This document shows, in pieces, positions 10,675 through 24,000 of a stretch of DNA of 64,000 nucleotides. The notes below the pieces were generated by a model that searched no databases, was not told where the DNA came from, and worked only from the letters and a program-made list of their open reading frames with translations. Each line of letters begins with the position of its first letter. Within the stretch, counting starts at the first letter, position 1. Position numbers and translations under genes: made by a program. This DNA comes from Antedon mediterranea (taxonomy: Eukaryota > Animalia > Echinodermata). The stretch spans positions 24,942,871-25,006,870 of the forward strand of contig NC_092676.1 of assembly GCF_964355755.1 (NCBI RefSeq). The letters are read 5' to 3'.

Positions 10675-13188
10675 TTATTTCTACTACTTTAATTAATATT
10701 TAATTATTAGGTTATATGCATTCATGCATATAACCTCTTGATTCTGTCAGAATCTTTATTTATTTCTTTATTTATTTATTTTATTTATTTATTCTTTCCT
10801 TGGCACTATTTGTCCGTCAATTATCTTGATATCAGTTTCATCTAACTAAGTCAATTTTTCAGAGTATATTCCTTATGGCCAGGAATCGATGTGGTTATGT
10901 TTTCACGGTGTGCAATCAAACATTACGCGGTCTACGCGCGATTTAACAAAATCACGTTTGTAATCATATCTTCACAAGAGCATGAATCACTTTTAAACAA
11001 AATTTGGTACTCATAAATTTCAGGTCATATTTCATCATATGGCAATACAATTACGTGCGTAGCGCATATAACGCATGCGTACGCGCGCTTAAAATGTTCA
11101 AAATTGTCAGAATTTATTTTCGATGAAATTAGAGTACGTTTCAGGCAATTTTAAGCGTTTAAAAAATTGCCATAAGTGCGCAGATTTTTGCACGCGCACT
11201 GCGCGTCAAACGTTATTGCGCACTGTTTTTGTCCGATTACTGTTTTATAACCTTTCTTTAACAATATCATCATATTGTATTAACTTTTCAACGCGAAACA
11301 GCGTTATACGAGCACGTCAAAAGTGACAGGCTACGCACGTGTAAATATGCTAAATTTTTAAATTAATAATAATATATATCGTTAGAATGCTCGGGAACAC
11401 CGATTTTTTATTTCATTTTCTTGAAGTGTATGTATCATATGTATGATTTATTATGAAATTAAGAGAACAAAAGTTGATTAAGTCATCATTAATGGCATAT
11501 TAAATTTACAAAAATTAATTTCGACAATCAAACAAATTATAATATTTTCTTAGGCCGAAATAACAAACTTAACATTAACTTTCTTCCTTAAGAAGTTCAT
11601 ATATTAAAGTTAAAAGTATATAGTTTGACAGTGCATTATTTTTAAAAATCTTTAAGGATGTCATCATAGTAAAACATTATAATTCATTGCGGTATGTAAT
11701 AATCTATCTGCACCAAAATGGTTACTGCATAGTAAATACACGGTGGTCTTTGCTCGTGTCTATAGCATTCAAGGTACCGAGTTCGAGTCTCACCTTCGGA
11801 AACGAAACGAAATAAGATTTTTTTTTATTATCCGTATTGTTTGTTCAATTGTATTTCTTAGTGTATATATTATACAGATGATTTATAATGAAATTTATTT
11901 AAAAACACAAATGTGGTTTATGACATTATATACGCAGAAGGATCTTTGATCGGATTATGATACCGGCTATTGTATTTGCGTTAGCAAGATCCTATAATAA
12001 TAATATATTATAAATAACTAAAGATTCTGAGAAAATCAATCAATCAAAATATCTTAAATCAATAAATTATCTTTATTTAAATCAATGCATATAACCTATA
12101 ATTCGTCATAGTGACGAATTAAATCTAGTTGTTTATTGTATTTGATTGTAATTATTAGTGTATTTTGTACTGGTGAAACCAGGCTTAAAGCTCTATATTG
12201 AGCTTATTTGGTCTATTAATGTATTTTGTACTGGTGAAACCAGGCTTAAAGCTGTATATTGAGCTTATTTGGTCTATTAATGTATTTTGTTCTGGTGAAA
12301 CCAGGCTTAAAGCTCTATATTGAGCTTATTTGGTCTTTTCCAGGCTTTGCATTTTTTATTTAATACTTTTTAATTATTTTGTAAAACTATTAAGTTTGAT
12401 GCATTGTGAAATAAAAACGAACGAACGAACGAAAAAGTGGTATATTTTTGTTCATATTATTAAGTTACGCATACAATTAAAATATAGGTTAATTAAATTC
12501 TGAAAATTAGAGGTAGAACAATTACAATTCATACGTTCTATGGCTTATCATAATTACATCTTTGTAGATTTCACGGGAAGGGCTTTTGTATTATTGAGGT
12601 ATTGTTTTATTATATAATTATGTATTAGTTAAAGAGCTTTGTATCTGTGATGCTGTATATGTACATTTAAATACGAAATAAAGAAAAAATAAATTAAAAA
12701 AATATACCAAATCTTCAAATTGTGTTTCCTATACGGCGCAAAAAAACAAACAAAAAACAACGTTGAGTTCTACATAACATACATACCGCTGAAACAATAG
12801 TTGAATCATATTGAGATCTGTCGTAAGTCCATCCATGTTTACATTTCACCAAATCCGTTACATTACTTTCGACAATATACATTGTACACTGCGTTTCGTT
12901 GATTAAAAGACTGCTCTTGTCGTCTGCTGGTAGATTTCTAAGGCCTTCCTCCCAGCAGTCCGAGTCCTCACAAATGCCATCGTAGTCTGCACCGGAGTCT
13001 GCACTGACCGCCGCCGTTGCGTTGTAACTTTCAACATACTTGCAATGGTGATCCATATCACCATTGGTAAAAACAACCGATATAGTAGCCAAGACGTTGG
13101 AAGTGATAAAAAAACAAACCGAAATCGAAATTATTTTTTGGTATAGGCCATATTGCCCTGTATATACGAAAATATCGTTAAATTTCAT
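6434..13188 (-). CDS. SLC22-family organic cation/carnitine transporter-like protein, paralogue B, complete, 10 exons, 551 aa
   Basis: Exons: 12787-13188 (402), 10350-10453 (104), 9794-9942 (149), 9308-9476 (169), 8727-8865 (139), 8202-8296 (95), 7637-7845 (209), 7226-7340 (115), 6658-6867 (210), 6434-6497 (64, ends TGA). Total 1656 nt, open throughout. Motifs STIVSAFDLVC, DYFGRK, EIVGPSKR, PESPRW, ELFPTDVR, LLPET, LPQTIEE. Confidence 0.94.
7474..7615. mobile_element. Harbinger-type MITE
   Basis: TAA|AGCCGATTTTCCA..TAGGCGAAT...ATTCGCCTAATGGAAAAATAGGCT|TAA; long imperfect TIR, TAA TSD. Confidence 0.8.
8536..8714. mobile_element. MITE family 1, intact 179-bp copy
   Basis: TAA TSD on both sides; palindromic arms; nearly identical to 43306-43484 and (inverted) to 30987-31169; lies 12 nt from an exon donor. 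Confidence 0.9.
9997..10318 (+). repeat. GTACCG-rich low-complexity region with a ~132-bp tandem duplication
   Basis: CAATGTTGTAACATTTTCTAGCAGATCTAATC... occurs at 10069 and 10201, embedded in GGTACC/GTACAGTACC repeats. Confidence 0.85.
10706..12128 (+). mobile_element. Non-autonomous Helentron (HINE/DINE-1-like) element, ~1.42 kb
   Basis: 5' subTIR TAGGTTATATGCATT with adjacent inverted copy, then a (TTTA)n tract. 3' subTIR AATGCATATAACCTA (12084-12098), stem-loop AATTCGTCA-TAG-TGACGAATT (12100-12120), terminal CTAG followed by TT. Confidence 0.8.
12160..12435 (+). repeat. 61-bp unit x3 followed by AATAAA and (GAAC)n tail; probable LINE 3' end
   Basis: Units start at 12160, 12221 and 12282; tail GAAATAAAAACGAACGAACGAACG. 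Confidence 0.6.
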
Positions 13189-13948
13189 TGCAATGTACTT
13201 CCTAATCAGCATTCAGAGAACGAATGGGAAACGTTGATGAGTACAGTAATAGAACAGAAGCGTCTGTTCTCACATAATCGGCTTGAATATGTTTTAATCA
13301 ATTATTTTTTATTGTTATAATAGATTATGATGTGATTAGAATTTGGAAATAAAAACGCCATTTTAACTACTTTTCTAAATTATTCAAATCATTATGCTAT
13401 ATAAATGACTTGCCCCTTTATGAATAACAACTGTGTATGCGAGGAGTAACTAAATTGTTCGCGTACTCTCATTTGCATAATCGTGGAACATATTTAATTA
13501 CCATATCAGTTGAAACACATGGACCTTTCACAAGCTATCAACATATGCATCAACAGCAAGTGTGGTAACTTAATCATATACGGTCGAAAGGAAAACAGAG
13601 TAACAAAATGTAATTGATGGAATTTATTACACATATTGAAAGTCGTTCAATGTCAAAATAAGTAATATACAATGTAAACGGACATTACGGAATAAAATTA
13701 TACCGTAGACCTAGAAAATAGTGTTTTGTTTAAAATAATGCCCATGTTAGAAATCAAAGTGTTGATAATATATATTTAAATGTCTGGTGTGTAATAAAAA
13801 CAAAAATCTTTTTATCAAATCATACATTTTGTAAATGTGTTTGGTAAAAAAATAAACGTATATACAGGCGTATATATAGGCTGGGGATTGTATCTACGAC
13901 TAAATCATATTGACCAACATTTTCAAATGATCATATAATCCTGGTTAA

Positions 13949-14112
13949 AGCTCGGTTCTCACTAGGAAACAACGCAAGAACGTAAGCGCAACGTAAGTAG
14001 GCCTAATTTTACCAATCACAGCGATGTATTATCCGATATTGTCGTTTGTCATTGGTCAATTCGCTTGCGTTGCACTTACGTCCTTGGGTTGCGTCGTAGT
14101 GGGAACCAAGCT
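13949..14112. mobile_element. MITE family 1 copy
   Basis: TAA|AGCTCGGTTCTCACTAG...GTGGGAACCAAGCT; contains an extra GGCCTA. Confidence 0.8.
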
Positions 14113-14884
14113 AATACCTTTCGTTACGAATTGATTGGTTATCGTCTCGTCTCGTCCCGTTCCTTGTCGAATATCAGTAGGCCTAGGCCTAAGTCAGTCC
14201 CACTAATGAAAGCTTCCCGTTCTAAATATTTCACTATACATACAGACATTCTTTGTCAAGTCAAGATAGAAAGGATATATTGTTTTACAGCTGCATTGAC
14301 TCTCATACTTTACCATCCTTACACTTTTACGAATCAAGTCAATCGTAAGAACTGTTTTGTCAGTCGTCAGTCAAATTACCAATCTGTCAGTGTCGTGCGT
14401 AAATATAAATGTAATAGCGCCACCTATATTGTTGAGTTTACTATAACTATGGAGGAAAAAATAAATGTATTTTTTCCTCCATGCTATAACTAATTTGTAC
14501 AAAATATCAACAACCGTAACTTGTTTCTTTCCGTGATTTCAAATTCGGATGATATTTAACCTATTTAAACTAAAACAGTGTTTACCAATGCGTAATTTAG
14601 TTTTTTTTAATGATAATTTCACGAATCAAAACTTATGTACAGTAGTCCGTTGTCCATTGTAACATTTCGAAAATAAATATTCATATCTTATCAGCAAACT
14701 AATTTGATACTATTTATAATTAAATATATTAATAATAGTGATACGTAGTATTCCACTTTATATAGATGAAACATATACCGATACATAAAATAAAACTTCA
14801 ATATAAAATAATGATACACTTTACACTTAATCTATTATAATTATCTAATTATCTTATTTACATATATTACAATATCTATCCTAA

Positions 14885-15026
14885 AGCTTGGTTCCCAATT
14901 GGAAGAAACTCAAGGGCGTACGCGCAACGTAAGTAAGTTGACCAATCACAAACAACCGTTCGGGAGGATATCGTGCCGGCCGTGATTGTTTGCGTTGCCC
15001 TTACATTGAATCATATTAGGAACCAA
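14885..15026. mobile_element. MITE family 1, degraded copy in the receptor 3' UTR region
   Basis: TAA|AGCTTGGTTCCCAATTGG...TTGACCAATCACA...AGGAACCAA, ~45 nt beyond the stop codon. Confidence 0.7.
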
Positions 15027-15071
15027 TCAAAACACTGCTTTCCAATATAAAATATGCAGTTTTGTAACTAC

Positions 15072-18000
15072 TCATGTATTTTGTTTTGATTTATCGATAC
15101 TTGACTTTGACTTAAGTGAAGCTTTTGATCGAATGGGTATAAGTGATAGTCTGGTTCCCGAGCGTTTGAACGAGTCGGAGTCATCGTCACGTCGACCTCT
15201 TCTGTAGCCAGTATAACGTCGACACTTGTGGAGTATAATTCTAAGCTGTTGTCTGAAGAGTTTACTTGTTATTGTGTATAACATGGGGTTTAATGCTGCG
15301 TTAATGGGTAAAACGAAAACAGCCAACCAGGAGTAGACGTCGCCTGACACAGGATGCCCTACAAAAAAAAAGCGGTGATTAGTTAGAAACATTAACCAGA
15401 CCTCTGCGGAGATCGATATTCCTTCCTAATACTGTAAAAAAATGTTTTACACTTACCAGCTATTGCTAAGATTTTGATGACGCATATGGGGAGCCAGCAA
15501 AGCATGTCCGTAAACACCAATAAAGTAAACCTGACAAGAATCGCACTGTCCTGACTTTTCTTAGTCGACCTGACGTCATCAGCCCGTCGTATCATAATAA
15601 ACATCGCAATATACGCGTACACAACAAACATGAAGAATACGGTGTTTATACCGACAAAGAGTGTTGTAGTAAACACCCAACCAGATGCCCACGGATGACG
15701 AATCTGTAACGGCAGGCAAACGCCGTTACTTCCGTAGAACAATCCACCGAACGATGCCTTCAGGATCACTGGTAACACCACTAAACTGATCGAAAACAAC
15801 CACAGCGCCGCCATCAAAATTGCCGCCCGTAGCAAACTTTTCCTTTCGTAACTAAACGGGTGTACAATGCTGACGTAACGATCAAGTGTGATGACGCTAA
15901 GTGTGAACACGGACATTAAACTTGACAAAATGCTTAAACATCCAGCAATAGTACAAATCTCACTCGAGCGCCAAACAAGATCGTGTAAAATATATTCATC
16001 GCTGAATAATGCGCCATGAATGGCAACTATGTACAGGTACACGCCCATCAGTAGATCCGCCATTGCAAGATTCATGATGAGAAACGCGTGAACGCGTTTT
16101 GTCTCGTTGACGAAAAGTCGTGTCGTCAGAACGAATATGTTACCAAACAGCGCAACACTGCCCACGATCCAAACACTGATGCGAAGGATCACATTTTTAA
16201 GCATGTGTTCTACGGACGAGAGACCGTCTGTCTTTGGGTAGCAATGACGGGCGTGTGGTGCAAAACCACAAAATGAAAAAGAATCAAACTCTCTGAAATA
16301 TTAAAATACTAGTGTAAAAAATAGTAAAAAGGGGTAATCTATTTTATCATGAAAATGTTCGGGACACTAAATTACGTAAACCTACTATACTATAACATAT
16401 TTAGCAATGTCTCGAAAGGTGCCCCGTATCTTCAGGTTTAGTTCAAATGACAAATAAAAGTTAGGCCCCGTCAAACTGCAATGACGATCATAATTACCAA
16501 GTTTTTATGGTAAATTACATTTTTACAGAATACGACCATTTCTAAAAAACAGCAGAGTATAAACAGGATCTTTGAGCTTCACAATTTTATGAGTAAGTGG
16601 TTGGTTGGTTAATAAGCCATTTCTTAAATTCTACAAGAAACATTTTTTAATACTGGATAGATTGAATATATTTACTTGCATTAAGTTTCTTTTTATTAAC
16701 GTATTATAATGTAATGAATTATAGCGTGTTTGTAATTGCAGTGTTGAATTTAACATTAGTTAAACAAAGCCTCAGGTCGTCTACAAGGAATTTCTACGAT
16801 TATTATTTTATTAGTTTAAATCTATTTAGCTCATATCAAACGTGTGAACGCTCAGATTTCTCAGATCTATGAATCTAAAGACGTATTTTGACTAAGTTAA
16901 ATCCAGGTGTCAAATTATTTCAATATCGCTACTTACACGGTATCAAGATTGTTTGTCATAGCACAGAAAACATGATCCGGCAAAGATTCAAATGGATTCT
17001 TCGCCAAAAATCTGAAAGAAAATTAAATCTTTCTTAAGTTTGATTTGTCACATTGACTTTATATTTCGAAACGATGAGATTTAGAAATCATTGTTTAGCA
17101 CCGTACACCTTATTCAAGTAACGGTAAGACTAAACATAATTACGTATTATTATTATTGTTCTTTTCTTATTATGAATAGGCCTAAAAATCATTAAACTCA
17201 ATCTATTTAGTTTTGAAGTCAGGTTTTGGCATACATGTGTTGAGTATCTCGATGTTTCAGTTGTTATGCTCCAGAGGACGACTGGAGCAGTTTTTATGCC
17301 CTAGAAGACGACTGGAGCAGTTTTTATGCTCTAGAAGACGGCTGGAGCAGTTTTTATGCTCTAGAAGACGACTGGAGCAGTTTTTATGCTCCAGAAGACG
17401 GCTGGAGCAGTTTTTATGCTCTAGAAGACGGCTGGAGCAGTTTTTAAGCTCTAAAAGACGACTGGAGCAGTTTTTATGCTCTAGAAGACGGCTGGAGCAG
17501 TTTTTATGCTCTAGAAGACGGCTGGAGCAGTTGTTATGTTCTAGAAGACGGCTGGAGCAGTTGTTATGCTCTAGAAGACGACTGGAGCAGTTTTTATGCT
17601 CTAGAAGACGACTGAAGCAGTTTTTAAGCTCTAAAAGACGACTGGAGCAGTTTTTATGCTCTAGAAGACGACTGGAGCAGTTTTTATGCTCTAGAAGACG
17701 ACTGGAGCAGTTTTTACGGCTGGAGCATAACAACTGAAATATCGAGATGCTACATTGGAAACACATGGGGCCTGTTTTCTGCTGGCAAAGTTTTTTTGCT
17801 AAAAAGCAAATTATTAGTGTATATTCACTGTGCAAACTTCAGTATATATAAATTAAAATGTCTACTTTTATTATATTTGCACAACAGATGAACACTAATG
17901 TCATTTTACATAAAGAAAAAACACATAATGCAGAGAAATGTAATATACTTACAATGACCGCAAACTCTCTACGTGATCGAACGAATGAGCTTCAATCTCA

Positions 18001-21000
18001 TGAATTTTATTTTCCCTCAGTGTCCTAAAACATTATTAGAAAAAGATAGAAAATATATTAACACAAGACCATAGAGAATATGTTTATGACAGTTCTATAA
18101 ATCTTAACAATTTAATTTATTATACATGTGTATTGTATTTTCCAGTACTGAAATAATATTACTATAATTTTATTCACATACACGCAATCGTCTAGTCCAG
18201 ATCGAGTTTTGATTTAATATTAGTAAAAATATAAATATTTTGGCACATATGGCGTTTCATACGTATACTACTTGAGCTTGAAACATCGAAAAGCCTCGAA
18301 ATATCTACAGACTTGTAGACCGAGAAATCGCCACGCAGGAGTGAATAAAACAACCCAGAGTTACGGAAGCCTCTTAAAATTTACCAGTGGCCTGAATGGG
18401 CTTCCGTACATAATGTTTCAGATTGTAGAGATGTTTTTGTCATTAAATCTTTAATTGCATAAAATGTTAGCGACACTAAATCAAATCACAAGATCTGGCG
18501 GATCCAGGATTTTGAAATAGGAAGTTGCCATTTTGTTTCTTAGTAAAAGGCCGATTGTTCAAATATATTCACCAGTGGACTGAAAGGGCTTCCGTACATA
18601 ATGTTTCAGATTATGGAGATATTTTTGTCATTAAATCTTTAATTGCATAAAATATTATCAAAATTAAATCAAACCACAAGATCTGGCGGATCCAGGATTT
18701 TGAAATAGGAATTTGCCAGTTTGTTTCTTAGCAAATGGCCTAATATTCAAATATATCTTATTCTATAATACGGTGGCATTTATGACTCTTTATCAAGAAA
18801 TTATCTTTGATACTCATCAATTTGCCTATATAAGTTTGACGTTGACACGTCACAGAATGTTTTCCTATAATACAGACTAATTTAACCGATACTCACATAG
18901 ACCTTAATCCGTACAGATTTTGAAACATGCCGACTTTAATTACAGTAAGTTTGTTCCCCATTAAAAGCCTATTAGAAAAATAGTATGTGATAAAAAATGA
19001 ATTATGGTAAATACTAAAATAATGCATTTCAAAACAATACAAAAGATACATTAACCAAAAGTCTTAAAGTAAACCAAACCCAATGGGAATTGAAAACAAG
19101 GTTTAAGCATATTGATGAAATAAGTAGAAAGCATTGTCAAACAATTACATAGATTTATCATCATTGCTCATTTAGCATTTTGTTAAACATTTACTCAATA
19201 CATTCCTCGAAGTTTATTCAAACTGCAGATGTTCTATCTTTCTGATCGATTTCATGAACAATAATTATATTTGTGGAAATTGTTTTATTAACAATATTAC
19301 GTTGTCTTGTTCGTATTTAATTTTGTTTTTATTAATGGATGTATGGGACTAATGTGTGCAATTAAATGCGAACCAATGGCAGTTGTGAATTTAAGTAAAT
19401 CTAAGTTATGAAGAAGAAAATGTTCATAAACATTTAGAGATACCTGTATTATATAATAACAGTAACTTTAAAGCGGATGGTGTTGATAAATACAAATTGG
19501 CCTATAATATGGAATAAACTGTTTAAAGGTTAACTTACAAATCCTCGAGATGTGTTTGACTATCAAAAAATCCAGTTTTGATATCCGAAATCTCATTAAA
19601 ACTCATCCCTCTGAAATGAAAATTACATACATTTCAAATTTATCTTGAAGAAAAAACAGATATTTATAATTATGTACGGTATTATAACTATTTTAATGTT
19701 GATTTATTGTACGCATGCGAGGACATAAATCTCTCACTCTATTCTTCTTCAACACAGAAACATGCGTACGTAGGTTCCAGACCAAGGCAATCTCTCAACA
19801 AGATGATGAACTCCGGAGATCAAAGGGTTTATCTGTGTGGCTGCGATCAGTTCCACGCGCCTTAACTTAAGCGTGGTTCCCACTACCGACGCAACGCAAG
19901 GACGTAACGCAACGACCAATCACAAGCGATGCGTTTACGTCCTTGCGTTACGTTCTAGTGGGAACCAAGCTTATGTGGACCATACTGTTTAGTATTTGTC
20001 GCAGCCAGACATAAGATCAAGGGACTGTTAAGAGTTCCTATCTTGGCAAGTCGAGTTCAGTGTCCTGTTGTTAGATTGCTTTGGTCAGACCGACAACAGA
20101 ACATCCTCCAGGTGTAAGGTGTAGCAACGAAAGCGGAAGCATTCACTCTGTTATTGCATGTCCAGCTGACACATCTAGCAAATAAACAGTGACTAAAAGC
20201 ACTACGACACCTGGACACGTTGCGCAAATTGATCACGGGGACACTTACTGACGCGTAACACCTGGAAAATCTGACTTATACACAACCTAAAATAACTAAA
20301 CTCGGTGAAAGTTCAATGTTGGTAATAGAAAAACTGTATACTATTTTGCTATATTGTGTGTCAATTGAGTTGTATGGGTTGTAACTTGAAGATACAGTTA
20401 TATGTCAAATTTGCATTTCACTTTAAAAAAAAATTAATAAAAACTGAGCAAATAAAAAATGAAAACCACGAAACATGCTCTTTTTTATGATCTAATAAGT
20501 GTAACCCTATAACAATACATTCGGTGGTAAAGTTTTTTTAAAACATTTTTAAATAGTCATGTGTGAAGTGTTACGGGAAAGTCGGGTGAAGAAAAAAAGA
20601 CGCCGATTTTCAGGTTTAAAATAATGATTAAATCACGGGTTCAAAGGGAAACGTCTGGCATAAACTCGTCGACAAAATGCGTACGACATACGTGTGTATC
20701 ACGTGGTTTAAATCCCTTTAGGGCATAATGTCTTGAGAACTATTCATTATAGTAGGAATATACTCTATATGCTTTTACTTTTAGTACTTAAATAACCTAT
20801 GACACCAATAAAATAAAAGGTTAATCACAACAGTATGTTCCTTTTCTTCTGTGAAGAACTAGTATAGTACGTTTTTACTCTCCATATTTAAGATAGCAAA
20901 CATAGACCTAAGGACTCTGTCTGCGATGTACGAAACGATATCATCAAGAAATAAGCCTCGTTTATTTCATATCTTGCATTTAATTTTAGAGGGTTTTGTC

Positions 21001-24000
21001 ATTCAATTCAGCCTACATTACGTGAAAACATGATTTGTTCGAGACATTTCAGATATTGCAATTATATCACTTTAATTAGAGACCCCGGGGAAATACTGCA
21101 GACGACTATGAATTGAGGGCGTATTGAAAATGAATGATGATGTCTTAACATTAGAACAGACATTACGACCTTTTAAACAGGATTGATTTATGGGAAATTT
21201 GAGCATAAAAATGGGTCAACTTGCTTGTTTTCGTAAACTTAATTTAATGCTGATAGATAACTCAACAAATCGTATTATTATAAACATAGTTTGAGACAAG
21301 AAAAACAATTAACAGCGACATTATATCGTTGAAAACAAATAGTGGTGAAACCCAAAGGCAAGCTAACCGGTTGTTCACTGCTGCTGATAATTTGGAATGT
21401 TTCACGAAAACTTTCTTATCATTGGATGTGCTTTCATTGTATATAATGTATTTTCATTAGATGAAACATGTCTTTTCATTGGAGAAACAGAGTTTGCATT
21501 GAATGAAACACGTAATTTCATCGGATGAAACATGTCTTTTCATCGGATAAAACATGAATTTTCATTGGATGGGATAAATTTCTATTGGAAGGAAACGGTA
21601 TTGCCATGGAAACACCTTAAACGAGAAATCAAAATACACATAATGAAAAAAGAGACGTTACCTAATTGTTTTGGATGCTAACATTACTGTTGTAGAGACC
21701 CGATGGTGTAAATTATCTGTCTGTTATGTCATAATGTTTTCCTATTAAGTTAAGGCATAATTGACATTGGCAGCGATAAAACCAATTTCTTATGTATAAC
21801 TTCACAACTGCTACTTATAGCCAATTTTGTATTTCCCTTAAAGTACCATAGGCTCTTATTTTCTTATTTTATACGGGTAACGTGTCGATTCAGATCATAT
21901 ATTTATATATATATATATAAAAGTAATTTCTTATATAACTTCACCTCCGCTACTAGCTATTTTTTCTTTCCCTTAAAACACCGTGGGGATTTATTTTCTT
22001 ATTTTATACGGTCGATTCAGATCTATATTCTTTAATATAAAGGTTACAGAAAGTCAGATGTAAACATCTAATTGAGATTAAGAGATCGTTTCAATATGTA
22101 ATCAGAGTAATACTTTAATTCTTCCAGGTTTATAACCGCATCAACTCGTGACATAATTATACTATTATAAACTACCCCTCAAGACCTATTCAAATAAGCT
22201 TATTAGATTTTAACAAATTTCATTCCGCAAATCATTCCATGCGAAACCGAACCAATCGTGATTTCGAGTAAGAGCACTAACACACAGGTTAACTTTTGGT
22301 TCATAATACAGCGAATGTACGTGTCTAATAAGAAATCAACTTCTTTGCTTTAGTATTAATATCTTTAACAACTTGCATTACTCCGCGGATCATAAATTAA
22401 TTCAGTAAATTTGAGAAATAAAATCTCTGACGCTATAATTGCTAAATCTGTATCGGAGAAGTAAGATCATCCTAGATGTAAAGCTACATAATACACGATT
22501 GTTCCTTTTTAATACCATGATTTTCAATTAATTCACAACACGGCACCGTCTTCCGTTCCGTGATTGAAAAAAGTTTTAAACTCCATTTCATGTGTATTTT
22601 TCTTGTTGTTTTGTGTAGATATGTTGACAATGATTTTGACTAAATAAATAAATAACAGTGAATAATAAACGAATGAATGGCATTGAGATTATAATCATAG
22701 TTATTACTATCTTGCTATATGCATATTTCTATCGTAATATCAACATATTATTGATGAATATATATATATATATATATACAAATATACCGACGTCATCTAA
22801 ATCAATGAAAATATCATAAATATGATCACCATTTGAATAATTATGATATTCATATTTCTACCATTCAAATATAATGTTGATGATTGTGTAATGTAGTGTA
22901 TACTTTGAATCACCCTATAAAATCAGTAGGCCTACAGTAGATGCGACAAACCACATGGTGTTGATGGTGTAATGTAGTGTCTTTGCATATTCAGTAGCTC
23001 CTTAAAATGAGTAGGCCTAGATATCTCATTTGCGACAAACAATGCCTGGCTCATAAACTAAATATGCAGGTTTTGGTCTGTGTGAATTCGATTGAATGTG
23101 TTACCTTAGATTGAGGCCTAAATGTTTTAATTAAATTTTCAAATTTACTTACAAAACCTGTAAGTCAGTTAGTGGTTTCAGCAACGGCGGCAATAGTACT
23201 TTCAACCTGTTATACTGGACATTTCTAAAGTGAAAAAAATATTACAGTCAAATAGTGTTTTAACTTACATTTATGTATATGCATAATTTATTAGGGTTAT
23301 CTTCTGAAATTAGAACCATTTTCAACACCATGCCATGCCACTGACACAGCACCATGTGTTGAAAAGCGGTAAAAAGTAAATAAGCACTTTCCTTACAATG
23401 CTAGTAATGTACTATTGTTTTTATCTGAAAAGGGTTATAACATGTACCTTACGCGTCACAGTGAAATTTTAGAAATTTAATGTACATAAAAATGCTAATG
23501 TTCACTTTGTGACATTAATGTATCAGACATTTAGATGGTAATGTTCGTTGTCAGACGATCGGGAATGTATGGTTTATTTGTAATGTCAAATATCATCTTA
23601 AACTGTCGTTAGAAACGTCATAATACGTCATGCTAATACAATAGTCATCCATCATAAAGAACTTTACCAATCAACTATTTTGGAAGTTTTCAATTTGCAA
23701 CAAGGTACTAGGACTTCATGCAAATTAGGCATGACGTCATTTTGTTCAAGTCGTCTGTAAAATCGAATTCATGACGAGCTTACAGGCAAAGAATGGTTTC
23801 GCACGCAAACCAAAGTATAATTACTTACAATTTTTGTAAATACGGTGTATGATTGAATGCCGTAGGATCAAACTCAGATATTTCATTATAGTTCAGGTTA
23901 CTAAAAAAAAAAAAAAAAAAAAAAATTAGATAAAAATTAGATAAAAATAAATGTTGAAAAAAAAGTTTTACAAGCCTAATATCACTGCTTGAAATTGTTT

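Noticed and set aside
17213-17835. 174-aa and 192-aa repetitive ORFs on opposite strands
   Set aside because: Translations of the 30-bp minisatellite inside a receptor intron; unit length is divisible by 3 and there is no other coding evidence.
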